64,000 nt of DNA from Octopus vulgaris. Lineage: Eukaryota. The position numbers and the translations under genes are program-made. This document shows, one piece after another, positions 1-15,939 of this stretch. The stretch covers positions 16,740,001 through 16,804,000 of the forward strand of contig OX597825.1 in the NCBI GenBank assembly GCA_951406725.2, given 5' to 3'. The notes under the pieces were generated by a model, which made no database searches, was not told the DNA's origin, and saw only the letters and a program-made list of their open reading frames with translations. Numbering within the stretch: position 1 is the first letter of the stretch; each line of letters begins with the position of its first letter.

Positions 1-1040
1 TGCGTATCTGTGTGTCTGTCTGTGTGTCTGTCTGTGTGTCGGTGTGTCTGTGTGGCTGTGTGTCTGTGTGTGTGTCTGTCTATCTATCTATATTACAATG
101 AAATATATGTTGGTTAAAAGATGTGTGTGACATTTGATTTTAAATGCTAAAGGTAACTCCATTACATTTACCAATGAGAAAACCGATCTCTTAACGTGAA
201 AGATGTCAAAACATCATATCTGCCCAGCGATTCCCCTATAGAATTTCCAGACGCACGTTTCTGGTCCTCTAACCTCTCTCAATGGGAAATCTCTTAGAGA
301 GAGAAAGAGAGAGCGATAGGAAGATTCGCATCGTCGATTTAAGTAAGTAAAGTAAACATCAGTGACTTAGTTGTGACATTGCACCACCTTGACGGGATAA
401 GTTTAGAGGCACCAACACCAAACAATATTTAGAAATAAACAAACTTTAGGTTAGTTAAAATATATTTGTGACATGCAGTAACTTATAAAGGCAAATTAGT
501 TGCAGTTACATTCGAGGAAAAACTCTCTCTCTAAGGGAAAAGTGTAAAGACACCATATCTGCACACTGCTTTCCCCATCAGATTCTCAGACGCATGTTTC
601 TGGTTCTTTAGCTTTCCTCAGTAGCAAATACTGACAAGAGATAACCCTGGGATGTGGTTCTTTGTGCCCATTTTGCTTTTAAGAATTCGATAAAATTTCA
701 TAGGGAACTAATATTTTACACAGGATCTGTTGCCATTTTTTCACAAAATTAGCAAGTTTATCCGGTCTGGGCTTCGATGAATGTGTTTTGTGTGTCTGTA
801 CATACTAGTAAAAAGCTGTTATACGGAACGTTGTAAGGTCAATGCATGAGAAACTTTCACAATCGCAAATCCATTATTTTGAGAGGCATGCTCTACAGTA
901 AATCCCGATAAGGTTCCTAAGATTAATAACATGCGTTGGAGTGTGACTGGGCATAATAACTTTGATAATTAGGGACGTTAAAGTATTGAGTATGCTTTCA
1001 CAATCTCTCTCTCCCTTTCTCTCTCACACACATCTATCTA

Positions 1041-1080
<40 letters not shown>

Positions 1081-1214
1081 CCTATCTATCTATATATCTT
1101 TCTAGCTATCTATACACACAAACATAGGTGTGTGTTTATCATTTACATATATACATATACATGCGTAGTATAGATATTTAAATTCATGCATATATCCATA
1201 CATATGCATTTGTT

Positions 1215-1283
<69 letters not shown>

Positions 1284-1317
1284 CTTATGTATATGTACAA
1301 ATGTCCATGCATTGTGT

Positions 1318-1402
<85 letters not shown>

Positions 1403-1514
1403 TATTTATACATGATAATAAAATAAAGTTTTAGGTTGCTAGTTAGCAAAATAACCCAAAAGGCAAATATATTAACAAGGGTACAAGATAGCACCAGTTT
1501 TGATAGAAAAAGGA

Positions 1515-1568
<54 letters not shown>

Positions 1569-1698
1569 TGTGCGTGCATAGAGGCATATACACAATCTTG
1601 TAGACACATATCTATGTGTGTACATGTATGTTTATAAATATGTACAAGTGTGTTCATGCATGCTTGTATGTATGTATGTAAGTATGTATGTATGTATG

Positions 1699-1757
<59 letters not shown>

Positions 1758-2285
1758 ATATATGTATCTTTGTGTATATTTATCTATCTATATATCTGTC
1801 TATAAGATTATATGTACGTACACACACACACATGTATATATGCACACGCAAGGATAACACACAATTGCAGATACACACAAAACTCCACCCACGCCAGCGA
1901 ATAGAGACAAATTGACCTCGGAGATATTCCGTCCTTGTTGGTAATTCGATGAATCACTTGCTCAACTCGTTTTGCTCCTGCGCACCTTCCACCTTCCACC
2001 CCACGCTATATTGCATTACATTATATTTATCGCTATTTAGCCTATGCGCATTCGGCACTCCCCTAGGCATGCTAGTGTACGCATAAATAAGTACTGCATC
2101 ACGTACAAGCGGGTCCGTATGCATAAACACACACAAAAGGCGCGCAACATTATAAAATGTATGTGGGATATGAATTAACGTATCCGCCTCCGATGAACCG
2201 GGTCCGATCAATTCTGAATCATATGAACTTTTGAAAGGGACGTGTCCTACTAATGGCCCTTCAGTATCAAAATACATATACTTCC

Positions 2286-2349
<64 letters not shown>

Positions 2350-2375
2350 GTTATATATATATATATACATACATG

Positions 2376-2448
<73 letters not shown>

Positions 2449-2468
2449 ATATATACATACACACATAC

Positions 2469-2515
<47 letters not shown>

Positions 2516-2554
2516 CATATATATATGTATATATAATATATATGTGTGTATATA

Positions 2555-4475
<1,921 letters not shown>

Positions 4476-4627
4476 ATATATAAATAGAAAGATAATAATC
4501 TTGTTGTAGATTATATCAAAAGTTAACCGATACCTATATAGCAAAAATACATGCAGTAAATATATACAACCATCTGGCGTTGCAACCGTATGTGCGGATA
4601 TAAATAAAACATATGTGTGTGAATATG

Positions 4628-4675
<48 letters not shown>

Positions 4676-4678
<3 letters not shown>

Positions 4679-5173
4679 TATACGTATGCATAGATATATA
4701 TGTGTGTGTGTGTGTATACATATATTTATATATAAATAGCTACATATATAGAGGTACAAACATACATATATATGTATTTCTCGCTCTACACGCATGCACG
4801 CACGCACGCACGCGCACACACACCATGCACATGTAGAAACGTACAAAATCACACACACACACATAGACATCTATCTATCTATCTATCTATCTATAAATAG
4901 ATACGTGCGTATTTTTTTCGCATGAATATATGTGCGTATGTTTTGTCATTACCGAACGAGGAGAAAGCATTGACGGCAGTATAAATCTTTATGTGTGATG
5001 GAAGTTTTTTTGCGCGTGCTTTGTGATGTTTATGGCGCGTATTTAGGTGTGAATCTGCGCATGCGTGGTGTATTTTGGTAAATATGAGAAAGTATATATT
5101 AGGTTAATTGTCTCTAGTTGATGTCTGTGTGTGTTTGTTCTGAAACATTATCACGTATGTGTGTGTGTGTGTA

Positions 5174-5206
<33 letters not shown>

Positions 5207-5460
5207 GTGTGTGTGCATGAGTGTGTATGTGTGTGTGTGTGTGTGCATGAGTGTGTGTGTGTGTGTGCATGAGTGTGTGTGTGTGTGTGTGTATCTAGAC
5301 GCAGGAGTGGCTATGTGCTAAGATGCTTGCTTCCCAACGACATGGTTCCTGGTTCAGCCCCACTGCATGGCAACTTGGGCAAGTGTCTCCTACTATAGCC
5401 GCGGTTCGACCAAAGCCTTGTGAGAGGATTTGGTAGACGGAAACTGAAAGAAGCCCGTCG

Positions 5461-5498
<38 letters not shown>

Positions 5499-5734
5499 CG
5501 TGCATGTGTGTGTATGTGCATGTGTGTATTTGGGTGTCTGTGTTAGTCCCCCCACCATCGCTTGACAGCTGATGTTGGTATGTTTACATCCCTTTACCTA
5601 GCGGTTCGGCAAAAGAGACCGATAAAATAAGTACTATGCTTACAAGGAATAAATCCTGCGGTCGAATTATTTGATTAAAGGCGGCACTCCAGTATGGCTG
5701 CTGACAAGGGATTGAAACAAGTAAAAGAATAAAA

Positions 5735-5780
<46 letters not shown>

Positions 5781-6318
5781 CTGGGTGACTCTGTGGTTTA
5801 AACATACATGTACAAGTGTGTAGGTAGGTGTTTGCATATATCGAGGTATGTGTGTGTATGCGTGTGTGTGATGGTTGGTTAACTATAAGACTCTTGTGCC
5901 TGAGTGTGCAGGTGCAGGTGTAAATATTTGTGGGTCTGTGTCAGTGTGCACATTGCCGGCCTGAGCGCATGCGTGTTTGCGTGAGTATCTGTATGCGTGT
6001 CTGTGTGTGCGTATAGGTGTGCGTGTGTGCATATATGTAATGTCTTGATAGCGTGAATGAATGGGTATGAATGCCTACGTGTGTAGGTGTATGTGCCTAT
6101 GTGTATGCGCGAGTGTGTGTGTATGTGCGTATTTGCATATGTATATGTGTGTATGTGCGAGAGAGCAAATGTATGTGTGAATGCATTTGTATTTACCATT
6201 GATCTGTTTAGTTATAAATCTCAATTCACTCCGGAAATGGAGATGAAATTTGGTTCTTACAACAGGTTTTACACAAAAGACACAGAAAAAGAGACTAAGA
6301 GAGAGAAAGAAAGAAACA
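4676..6318. repeat. Copy B of the ~1.7 kb direct duplication
   Basis: Colinear with 2610-4320, including the embedded SINE. The ORF track shows the same spurious peptides twice. Confidence 0.9.
5298..5737 (+). mobile_element. SINE family A (inside duplication copy B)
   Basis: Near-identical to 3295-3740. Confidence 0.8.
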
Positions 6319-6760
6319 TCTAAAAAAGAGAGGGAACATGTGCGTGTCGTGTCATACATACATACATATATATATATATATACATATATATATACATATA
6401 TATATACATATATCAATATGAATGAAAGAAGGGAAGTGAGGTAGAGTAAGAAAGAGAAAGTGAAAGTAAAAGCTGCGGCAAGTGATACATATTATAGTAG
6501 TCACTTTCTCAAAACTGTTACTTTTCTGTAATGGTATTATTCTACTAGTGGTCAAAGCAACACTCACCTTACAATCACCACTTCGACACTGGTGGAGGAG
6601 GTGGGGGGGGGTTGGAGTATACGAGGACAATGTGATGTATTTTATATCGAAAAAAGCTTTTATGTTTATCATTTTCGATCCTTTTAGCTGTAGAGTAGAT
6701 TTTGTTGCTATGGTGATTTTCGTTCAGTAACTTAGAAGAGAACACATGCAAATATATATT

Positions 6761-6905
<145 letters not shown>

Positions 6906-7549
6906 GGTGGAAGCATGTATATATGTGTGTATAATGAATACAAATAAGAAAAAAAATAGGAAGCTACGAAAGAAGCCGAAAAGCATGAGAGAAAACCACA
7001 TGAAAAAACACAAGAGAAAAAAAAAATGACAACGTAGAAATAAAAACGGAAGGCGTGTGTAGCCGAATGGAACTTTACAACGAGTGTCTCAACCAACAGG
7101 ATGTTTCGACTGAAAATTGGTCTAATATATACAAAGGCTTCAGAAATTTTTGCTTCAGAATTTGCATTGCTTCGTGCTTTGTAAGGAGAAATTTATAAAC
7201 ATGAGGAAGTAGGTATATTGGAAACGAAAGCAATAATAATAGTTTTAGTAGTAGAAGCAGTAGCAGTAGTAGTAGCAGTAGTAATAATAAAAATAATAAA
7301 ATCAATAAATAAAAGTAATAACAATATATACATTCATATATATATATATAATAACAATATATACATTCATATATATATATATACGTATCTATGAACACAC
7401 ACACACACACATATGAACAGCGAAACCGAGGTGCAATAGTGTAGACACGTGTTTGCGTGACAATGAAACTCTGAGTGTATCGTGAATCGTTAAATGCCTA
7501 TCTATTTGCCTATACACACACGCACACATACCTACTCTGTTTTTGTTTC

Positions 7550-8178
7550 TGCTCTAAGCACAAAGCCGAAATTTTGGGAAAGGGCGTCAGTCGATTAGAC
7601 CGACCTCAGTACGCAGCTGGTACTTAATTTATCGACCTCAAAACTATGAAAGGCAAAGTCGACCCCGGTGGAAGTTGGACTTAATGTAAAGACAGTCAAA
7701 ATACTACTGAGCATTTCGCCCGGCGTGCTAACGATTCTTATTTCTTTACTGTCCACAAGGGGCTACACACAGAGGGGACAAACAAGGACAGACAAACGGA
7801 TTAAGTCGATTATATCGACCTCAGTGCATAACTGGTACTTATTGAATAGACGCCGAAAGGATGAAAGGCAAAGTTGACCTTGGCGGAATTTGAACTCGGA
7901 GCGTAACGGCAGACGAAATACCGCTACGCATTTCGCCCGGCGTATTTCTTTACTAGCCACAAGGGGCTAAACAAGAGGGGACAAACAAGGACAGACAAAC
8001 GGATTGGATTAAGTCGATTACATCGACACCAGTGCGAAACTAGTACTTAATTTATCGACTCCGAAAAGATGAAAAGCAAAGTTGACCTCGGCGGAATTTG
8101 AACTCAGAACGTTGCGGCAGACGAAATACCGCTAAGCATTTCGCTCGGCGTGCTAACGTTTCTACCAGTTCGCCGCTT
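7550..8178 (-). mobile_element. Head-to-tail trimer of SINE family B
   Basis: Three units, each with the GTCGACTTTGCCTTTCATCCTTTCGGGGTCGATAAA-type central domain on the minus strand. Two end in AGCCCCTTGTGG..AGTAAAGAAAT. Confidence 0.8.
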
Positions 8179-8482
8179 TGTTTTATTGGAATATTGATAA
8201 GAATAAATGCCATTTTAGATCAGTTTAGTTTTCATACAAGTCTAGATGTTTTTAGTTAAATGCAAAGGATCAAATGGCATAATTTGATTCTAAAGTTTAC
8301 TATGGGATTAGTTAAGAAAATTGTAAAATCGAAATTGTAATGATAGATGCAGGCAAGTTTGATGTGAGGTGAAGAAACTCACTTTGCAAACACATGGCTT
8401 TATTTGTCCCTGTGTTGGCAAGTACATTGTACTAAGGCTCCCGGCCGAACAATACCTTGTGAATGTATTTGGTAAAGCCCGG

Positions 8483-8584
<102 letters not shown>

Positions 8585-8591
8585 ACTATCT

Positions 8592-10036
8592 ACGGAGGTG
8601 GCGAACACGTACATCGCGTCCGTCATCTACTACCGCCTGACCGTCGTACCTTGTCCCGACCGTCGTTTGTCCCGACCATCACCAAACTACAACGCATCCT
8701 CTTTCGCTTCTTGTGGAAAGGATGCGTCCCGATGGTCAGGCGATCCATTTGCTGTCAACACCCGTTAAAAGGAGGGCTGGGCATGCCGTGGTTGATGATG
8801 CGCAGACACGCGCTGAGACTGCGACATCTCTGGCTCTATGTAGACAACGGTGAACAGGTGTGGTCGCCGTTTGTGAGGCACGCTTTCCCGCAGCTCGTCT
8901 CTATGACCGAACTGCAGTCGTGGATCAAAAAGAGGCCGAGGAAGGGCGAATGGCACCGCGAGTGTCGCGTTGCTCTCAAGCAACTCTGCCGTCCTGGGTC
9001 GACCTTAAGTGACTTCAACACAACCAAAGCATTCTATAGGGGTTTAGTGGAGGGGAGGTACGACGACGAGCTCGGGGCGAACCTGGATGTCGACGAGGAG
9101 TACCTGACCCGCCTGTTCAGGACGACTTTCGGGCCAGGGCCCATGGACAACTTCCAGAGATCCCTGGCCTGGCAGTGCTACCGAGAAGCGCTACCCGTTC
9201 GGGATAAGCTCTATAGACACGGCTCGAGAAACACGGGGCCGAACTGCCCGAGATGCGGTCAGAGCGACGAAACCGTTCTGCACGCACTCGTTCAGTGTCC
9301 AACAATGTCCGACCTGTGGGCTTATGTCGAACAACTGCTGTCACGTGTGGGACGAGTCGGTTTATCAGCTGAGTCTATCGTCAATATTGTCACGCTTCCT
9401 TCCTTCAAACGGGAAGGAAGAGCTATTTTCATCATCCTTGTGGCTATGGCGAAAGAATGTATCTGGTGGACGCGTCTGAAAGGATTGGAGACAAACACTT
9501 TCCTCTCTGGTCAATCTCTCATCAACTTCTTCAAGTACCACTTGAAAAGGAAAGTGAGAGTAGAGAGGCAAGTTTTGTCTAGCGAATGTTTTAAAAAAAG
9601 ATGGGTGAATGTAGCAAGAATGGCACGTATGAATGACGAAGCCACCTTGAGCATAGTCCTATGAACCCAGAAATCGAAAACAGAGAGTTGCTTATTTGCA
9701 AAAAAAAAAAAAAAAAAGAAATATAAAATGTGACTTCATTGACCGAGGTTACCGTGGTCTTTTCCGTAGGCTTTTCTTTCCACGGGTAAACCTCACCTGT
9801 CCTCCCCTTTACACTTCATATTGACATTTCTGTGATAACGATCCCTATTGATCAATTTTTTTTTCCTCTCCCCCTTTTTTTTTAACCCCCCTTTTTTTTG
9901 TCCTCTTTCTCTCCTTTTACGATCCCTTTTGATCGAAACTCCCCTTCCTTTTTTTTTTTTTAAACCTTCAAAAGAAAAGCTCTACCTTGTAATTTGTACT
10001 ATCTGTGTGCAGCCCTGTGTGGCTAATAAAGAAACA
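8592..10036 (+). mobile_element. 5'-truncated L1/Tx1-clade non-LTR retrotransposon
   Basis: ORF2 C-terminal half, then a pyrimidine-rich 3' UTR ending AATAAAGAAAC. Flanked on both sides by (TATC)n. Confidence 0.85.
8601..9664 (+). pseudogene. Tx1/L1-like ORF2 fragment (post-RT region and zf-RVT zinc knuckle)
   Basis: ANTYIASVIYYRLTVVPCP, then a frameshift from a short local duplication at ~8640-8675, then LQRILFRFLWKG...PLKGGLGMP...CPRCGQSDETVLHALVQC. These are typical L1/Tx1 ORF2 motifs. Confidence 0.85.
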
Positions 10037-10077
10037 TATCTACCTACCTATGTATGTATGTATGTATGTATGTATCC

Positions 10078-10154
<77 letters not shown>

Positions 10155-11194
10155 ACTAACTATTAGGGTTGATTTATACGATTAAATCTCTTCAAGTTGG
10201 TACAAAAGCATGACCGCACCAAACGACTAAACAAATAAAAGATATAAAATGAAGAGAAAACATAATTGATAAGCTACCAACTTATTAAATAGCTACTTAT
10301 TTCTTACCGGTGAGTGTGTTAAATTATAAGGCACAAAAAGAAAATGACCCCAAACATAACAGAATATACTTCAACACACGAACTCATATAAAGAATCTTG
10401 CAAACCAAATCCAAAAACGAAATATTATTAAATAGCATAATGATAAAGACCGTATACCTTTTGGTTACAGTAATAAGAAAATCTCTCAACTTAATTTGAC
10501 ATAAATTTACTGAAAGAGTTTTGTTACATTATTTCACAAAAGAGTAGAATTTTGAAATAACGACGATATAGAAGTTATAATGTACACTAAGAAGAAACTG
10601 CATTCTGTGAAAGGTAGTTACATAATATAAGCATAGAGTGATTTCATAGCGCTAATACATAAAAGCTTATAGGATTATATATCTAGGACACAGAATTGAG
10701 GTTAATTCTATAGCTTATGGTTTAAAGAAATATCACTAGATATCTGCAATAATGCAACTGGCATGTATCAAATACACAAAAATGGTATCGGCCAAACATT
10801 CAATTCTTTCATCCTTAAAACGACAGTGGTAACAAATATAACCAAGTAACTGCTTTAATGTAATCTTAAAAACTAATTCTCATAAACTATTTCAAGACCC
10901 AAATGTTAACACACAACTTTGTTACACTGTGATGAAAAATTTGAATAATATAGCTAGAAAGATTTCGAATGTCATATAAAGGAATTTTGTCGGGAGATCT
11001 TTCTGTAATACCACTGTAAAATCGAGTGTATTCAAAGAAAAAGTGACATACATCCCCAGCTCAGGACCATGCAGGCAACGAAGAAAAACCGTGATATAAT
11101 TTGGCTTATATCTAATTAATCGCAACTTGTAAAGTTCAATATTGAAAAAATCTTCCTAACTTTAATCGATAATCACTTCCATATTGGTTTGAAA

Positions 11195-11557
11195 TGTTGG
11201 CAGAGGGCCAGCAAATGCGTGAGAGGGGCTAAATCGATTCAATCGAGTAAAGTGCTCAGCCGGTACTCATTTGAATCCAGAACGTACAGACGAATAAAAT
11301 GCAGGTAAGCATTTTGCCCGGCGTGTTAACGATTCCACCAACACGCTGCCTTGTATAATCACTTTAACGTTAATCTTAGATATAAGGCACCATTTTTTTT
11401 TCTTTCTTTACATTCTGGGTTCAAATTTTGCCTAAGTCGACTTTGCTTTCTATCACTTCGGGCTCGATAAAATAAGTCCTAGCTGAGAACTGATTTCCAT
11501 GTGATTGACTAAACCCCTCCTCTAAATTGCTGGCCTTGTGCCAAAATTCGAAACAAA
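11195..11557. mobile_element. Two degraded SINE family B copies (minus then plus)
   Basis: GCATTTTGCCCGGCGTGTTAACGATTC head (minus); GTCGACTTTGCTTTCTATCACTTCGGGCTCGATAAAATAAG...GGCCTTGTGCCAAAATTCGAAAC (plus). Confidence 0.65.
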
Positions 11558-11644
11558 TGTTAGTCACAGATACGAGATGCAGTACATTTTTATAAATTCA
11601 ACAGGCATAAATATGAAGCAAATTAGAGATGCTTTACTCATATG

Positions 11645-11900
11645 AAGGGGCATCGCTTAGTGGTTAGGGTATTCGGCTCGCGAGTCAGTTTATTTTACAC
11701 TGGCAAAAATGAGAAGTACTTGTATTTCCATTGGTCAGCCTTGCCACACACTATGTCTCACTGAACTTCCGTGAGAAGTATGTTAAGGGGTACGTATGTC
11801 AGTGGAATGCTCAACCGCTCGCACGTTAATCTCACGAGCAAGCTGTTCCGTTGAGCGGATCCACTGAAAACTTTGTCGTCGTAAGCAACAAAGTGGCAGT
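11645..11900 (+). mobile_element. tRNA-derived SINE, family D head with tail shared with 63620-63800
   Basis: GCTTAGTGGTTAGGGTATTCGG head; CACGTTAATCTCACGAGCAAGCTGTTCCGTTG tail. Confidence 0.7.
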
Positions 11901-12058
11901 ACTAATATCAAGAATGGTATATGCTATGAAAAAAAAAATACCTACTCAGACTGATGGGTCACACAAATGAACATGTGAATACCAGCTGAATGTGTTTTGT
12001 ACTGTGGAAGCCATCATATCTGCAGGCAAATCTACTGGGTTCTATCATGGAAACAGCC

Positions 12059-12450
12059 GAGGCGGTGAGCTGGCAGTATCGTTTGCACACCTGGCAAAAT
12101 GCTTAGTGGCGTTTCGTGCGTCTTCACGTTCTGGACTGATAATCCGTCGAGAATGATTTTGCCTTTCATTCTCCAGGGTTGTTAAAATAAGTACCAGTTG
12201 AAAACTGGACTTAATCGACTTACACCCTCTTCCGAAACTGCTGGCCTTGTGCCAAAATTTGAAACCAATTTAAAACCAATATCATAAAAATCGTAAGGCA
12301 TCGAGCTGGAAGACGCCTTAGCACGCCAAACAAAACCTTTAGCGGTATTTCTTCTGTCTTAAAGTACCAAGTTAATCACTGCGGGTCGATGTAATCGACT
12401 TAGCCTCGCCTTCAAAATTGCTGGCCTTGTGCTAAAATTTGAAACCAGTA
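12059..12450 (+). mobile_element. Two tandem SINE family B copies
   Basis: GGCGGTGAGCTGGCAG head; both copies end CTGGCCTTGTGC(C/T)AAAATTTGAAACCA. Confidence 0.7.
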
Positions 12451-12600
12451 TTACAGAAAAAAAACATATCTATATTGGCGTGAACGAAAGGCAATTCAAG
12501 TCAGCATTTTACAGTCATAGCTATTCATTCAGTAACAGGGGAAGATAAAATTCAACTAAAAGTTATTAAAAAAAATATTTGTTAAGTCATTGAAAGAAAA

Positions 12601-12836
12601 TCGTTGCTGTTATGTTAAACTGTCGTATGTTCAAATATGGCCAAATGCGTTTCTCTCCAATATTTATTTCTGCTTGGTCAAACTATCGTATCTCCAGCTG
12701 CTTCAGATGTTAAGATATCAAAAATTGTCAAAGTGTAGTACAACGGTTTTACTATAGTTTAGGGAAATTATTTTTTTTCGTTTTCTGAAAAGAGCAACGT
12801 ATTTGGACTTACGACACTTTTGCTTAATAGCAACGA
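12601..12836. mobile_element. MITE with ~39 bp imperfect terminal inverted repeats
   Basis: Left end TCGTTGCTGTTATGTTAAACTGTCGTATGTTCAAATATG. Reverse complement of the right end: TCGTTGCTATTAAGCAAAAGTGTCGTAAGTCCAAATACG. Confidence 0.65.
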
Positions 12837-13559
12837 AATGAATCGAATTATGTAATCGTAAACACTAGGGTTATCACATCGAGGCCTTATGAAAATTGCA
12901 GTAATTAATGTTTATCTTTTCTGCACTGCAGAGAAATGGCTGATCCCTAAAAGCCCATTATAAAATATACTACATTTACGTGCAGTTGTTTTTTATGTGC
13001 GGAGTTGGCGTAGTGTGTGTGTTGGGAGAGGTTTCAGGCATGAAGTTTGATTGGATGAGCCCATTGTCAGTAACGTCTAATCTATCCAATCACACTATTT
13101 AACTTCAATCATAGAGCGTCATTAACATTTTAACGTTTGATTCATATGTACGTTTCAAAAATTAAAAAATGTGCTTAAATGGCAGTTAATTAAAATTTTA
13201 GGATTCAATAGGTCCAATTTCGTACAAGAAAAATCCTTCAATATTTTTATTGGTTACCATTCTTTATGCCATACATTGTGAATTTTTCATTTTCACAAAA
13301 TATCTAGAATGTTCCATACGTTTCTGGAAAGAACTTTCTGTACTCAACGACGTATTCGTTTGTGTAATACTACAAGAGTCGTGTGAAGACTTATAAGAAT
13401 TATTTTAAATGATGGAATGGAAAGTTTTATAAAAACTCACTTTCATACACGCATGCGCACAAACAGATCTCTTTTTCACCGTTTCACTTTCTGTGATACG
13501 CACACACACACACACACACACACACGCACGCACATATATATATATATACATATATATAC

Positions 13560-13628
<69 letters not shown>

Positions 13629-14064
13629 AGTGGATGTGTGTGTATATGTAAAATATAAATATATAATACATACGCATGTATTAATAAATACGTGTATAAT
13701 CTATATCTACAGGCATATATTTATACACATACAGAAACACACATACACACATATATACATGTATATGTATACGCACACACACACATAGACACAAAAACAT
13801 ATTAAATGCTTTTCTGTTGCATGCTATACATATTTATCAGTACTTAGATCTGTTCCTCATACAATTTTGATAGGCAAATGGATATTTCACTAAACTGTAG
13901 GTGGTGATGTCTTCAAGTGAATGAGTATGTGAATCGATTGGAAGCAAATATAACGAATTTTTACCCATTTTGTATCGCAGAACATAACGTTTTTTTTTTC
14001 TCTCTCATTGGTGATTGCATTCCCTGCAGGTGTATAGTATATATATATATATATATATATTTTT

Positions 14065-14283
14065 TTTGTACTTGTTTCAGTCATTTGACTGCGGCCATGC
14101 TGGAGCACCGCCTTTTAGAGTGGTGAAAGAGTACAGCAGGGATCACCACCTCCTGCCGGAGCCTCGTGGAGCTTTTAGGTGTTTTCGCTCAATAAACACA
14201 CACAACGCCCGGTCTGGGAATCGAAACCACGATCCTCCGACCGCAAGTCCGCTGCCCTAACCACTAGGCCATTGCGCCTCCAC
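14065..14283 (-). mobile_element. SINE family C (tRNA-Arg-like) head joined to a family A 3' end
   Basis: GGAGGCGCAATGGCCTAGTGGTTAGGGCAGCGGAC head on the minus strand. 14065-14115 matches the family A tail. Confidence 0.7.
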
Positions 14284-14289
14284 ATTGCG

Positions 14290-14339
<50 letters not shown>

Positions 14340-14345
14340 CATACA

Positions 14346-14379
<34 letters not shown>

Positions 14380-14852
14380 CATACATATATATATATATAT
14401 ATAAACACAAACTGGGATAAGAACGTGAAACATTTTGAAGACGGCAAAAAAACACACAGACGGGACTTTTGAAAAGGGTGAAGGCAGAGAAAAGTAGGAG
14501 AGGGGGGAAAAAGAGACAGAGTAGTCGAGTCGTACCAATGTTAGAGAGTAATATACTTACAGTATAGGGTTAAAGGGTAGGGTACGTAACCGCCATGTAT
14601 ATAGGTAAACGTTAAAAAAACACAAACTGGGACAAGAACGTGAAACATTTTGAAGACGGCAAAAAAACACACAGACGGGACTTTCGAAGCTCTCTCTCTC
14701 TATATATATATATAGATGAATGATATGTATTTATGCATATATACAGGTGCAGGTTTGCATTCATGCATACATATAAGTACACATGCTCACGTAAATTCAC
14801 ACACACACACTCACACACACATACAAGCACACTCACACGCACGCACACACAT

Positions 14853-14911
<59 letters not shown>

Positions 14912-15224
14912 AGATGATAGTCTCTCGTAGTTCGAGTAAGATAGCTTCGCAATTTCTTTCGGAAAAAAAAAACCCTGTACGAATGATTCGCTTATAATTA
15001 TCAAAACTGTTTACACTTATCAAATGTGCTATACATTAGCCCACTCACTCCACCAAATCGACGTTGCCTGAGCAGGTGCACAGTCTACCACGCGTCAGCA
15101 GTCGGTGTGTGCATGGAACAAGACCAACGCCAAATAAAGTGTTTTGCTCAAGAACACAACACACTAGTCACTCCAGGAAGTCAAACTTCGATTCGCTGTA
15201 AACATCCTAGCGAGGCCATGCACA

Positions 15225-15290
<66 letters not shown>

Positions 15291-15851
15291 TACACACATA
15301 CACACATTAATAGATACACATACATGTACAAGCTCTCAACTGACCTGGCGGAAATACTAGCAAAAGTCTTTCAAATTACATCCTGCTGTGGTCAGCGACA
15401 TGTAAACAGATAGAAGGGGTGGAGTACATTAAAACATCTAATTATGGGTTTGCTTCAGCATGGCAAAGTGGGAGGATAAACAACACGATATGTACATTAT
15501 ATATGTGTGTATGTATGTATGTATGTATGTATGTATGTATGTATGTATGTCTAGCTATTTATTTATCCTCTCTCTGGTCGCATCTGTTGAATGAAACAGT
15601 TAAAAGATGTATCCAACATCCTTCTCTCTCTCTCTCTATCTCTCTGTCCATCTGTTCCACCTACTTGTCTGTGTGTGTCTGTTTCTCTTTATCTCTCTGT
15701 GTATGTATATGTATGTTTCTCTTTATCTATGTATGTATGTATGCATCTATCTATATATCAATCTGTCTGTCTACGTAACTATCTACGTGTCTGTCTATTT
15801 ATCTATCTGCGTGCGAATGACGAAACCACTTTCAGTATGATCCTGTAAATC

Positions 15852-15905
<54 letters not shown>

Positions 15906-15939
15906 ACTTTGCTCTCATGTGTTTATTTCCTCTCTGCCT

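Larger units (their letters stand above)
10350..12600 (+). mobile_element. Degraded Penelope-like element (RT + GIY-YIG remnants) interrupted by SINEs
   Basis: Stop-ridden motifs NDDIEVIMYTKKKL (~10560), KLIGLYI (~10665), RDIIWL...VKFNIEKIFLTLIDNHF (~11085-11180) and HIYIGVNERQFKSAFYSHSYSF (~12465-12530) resemble a PLE RT, linker and GIY-YIG. Confidence 0.65.

Noticed and set aside
7550-8178. CRISPR-like or satellite array
   Set aside because: The units are ~200 bp SINEs with no unique spacers, in a eukaryotic context with no cas genes.
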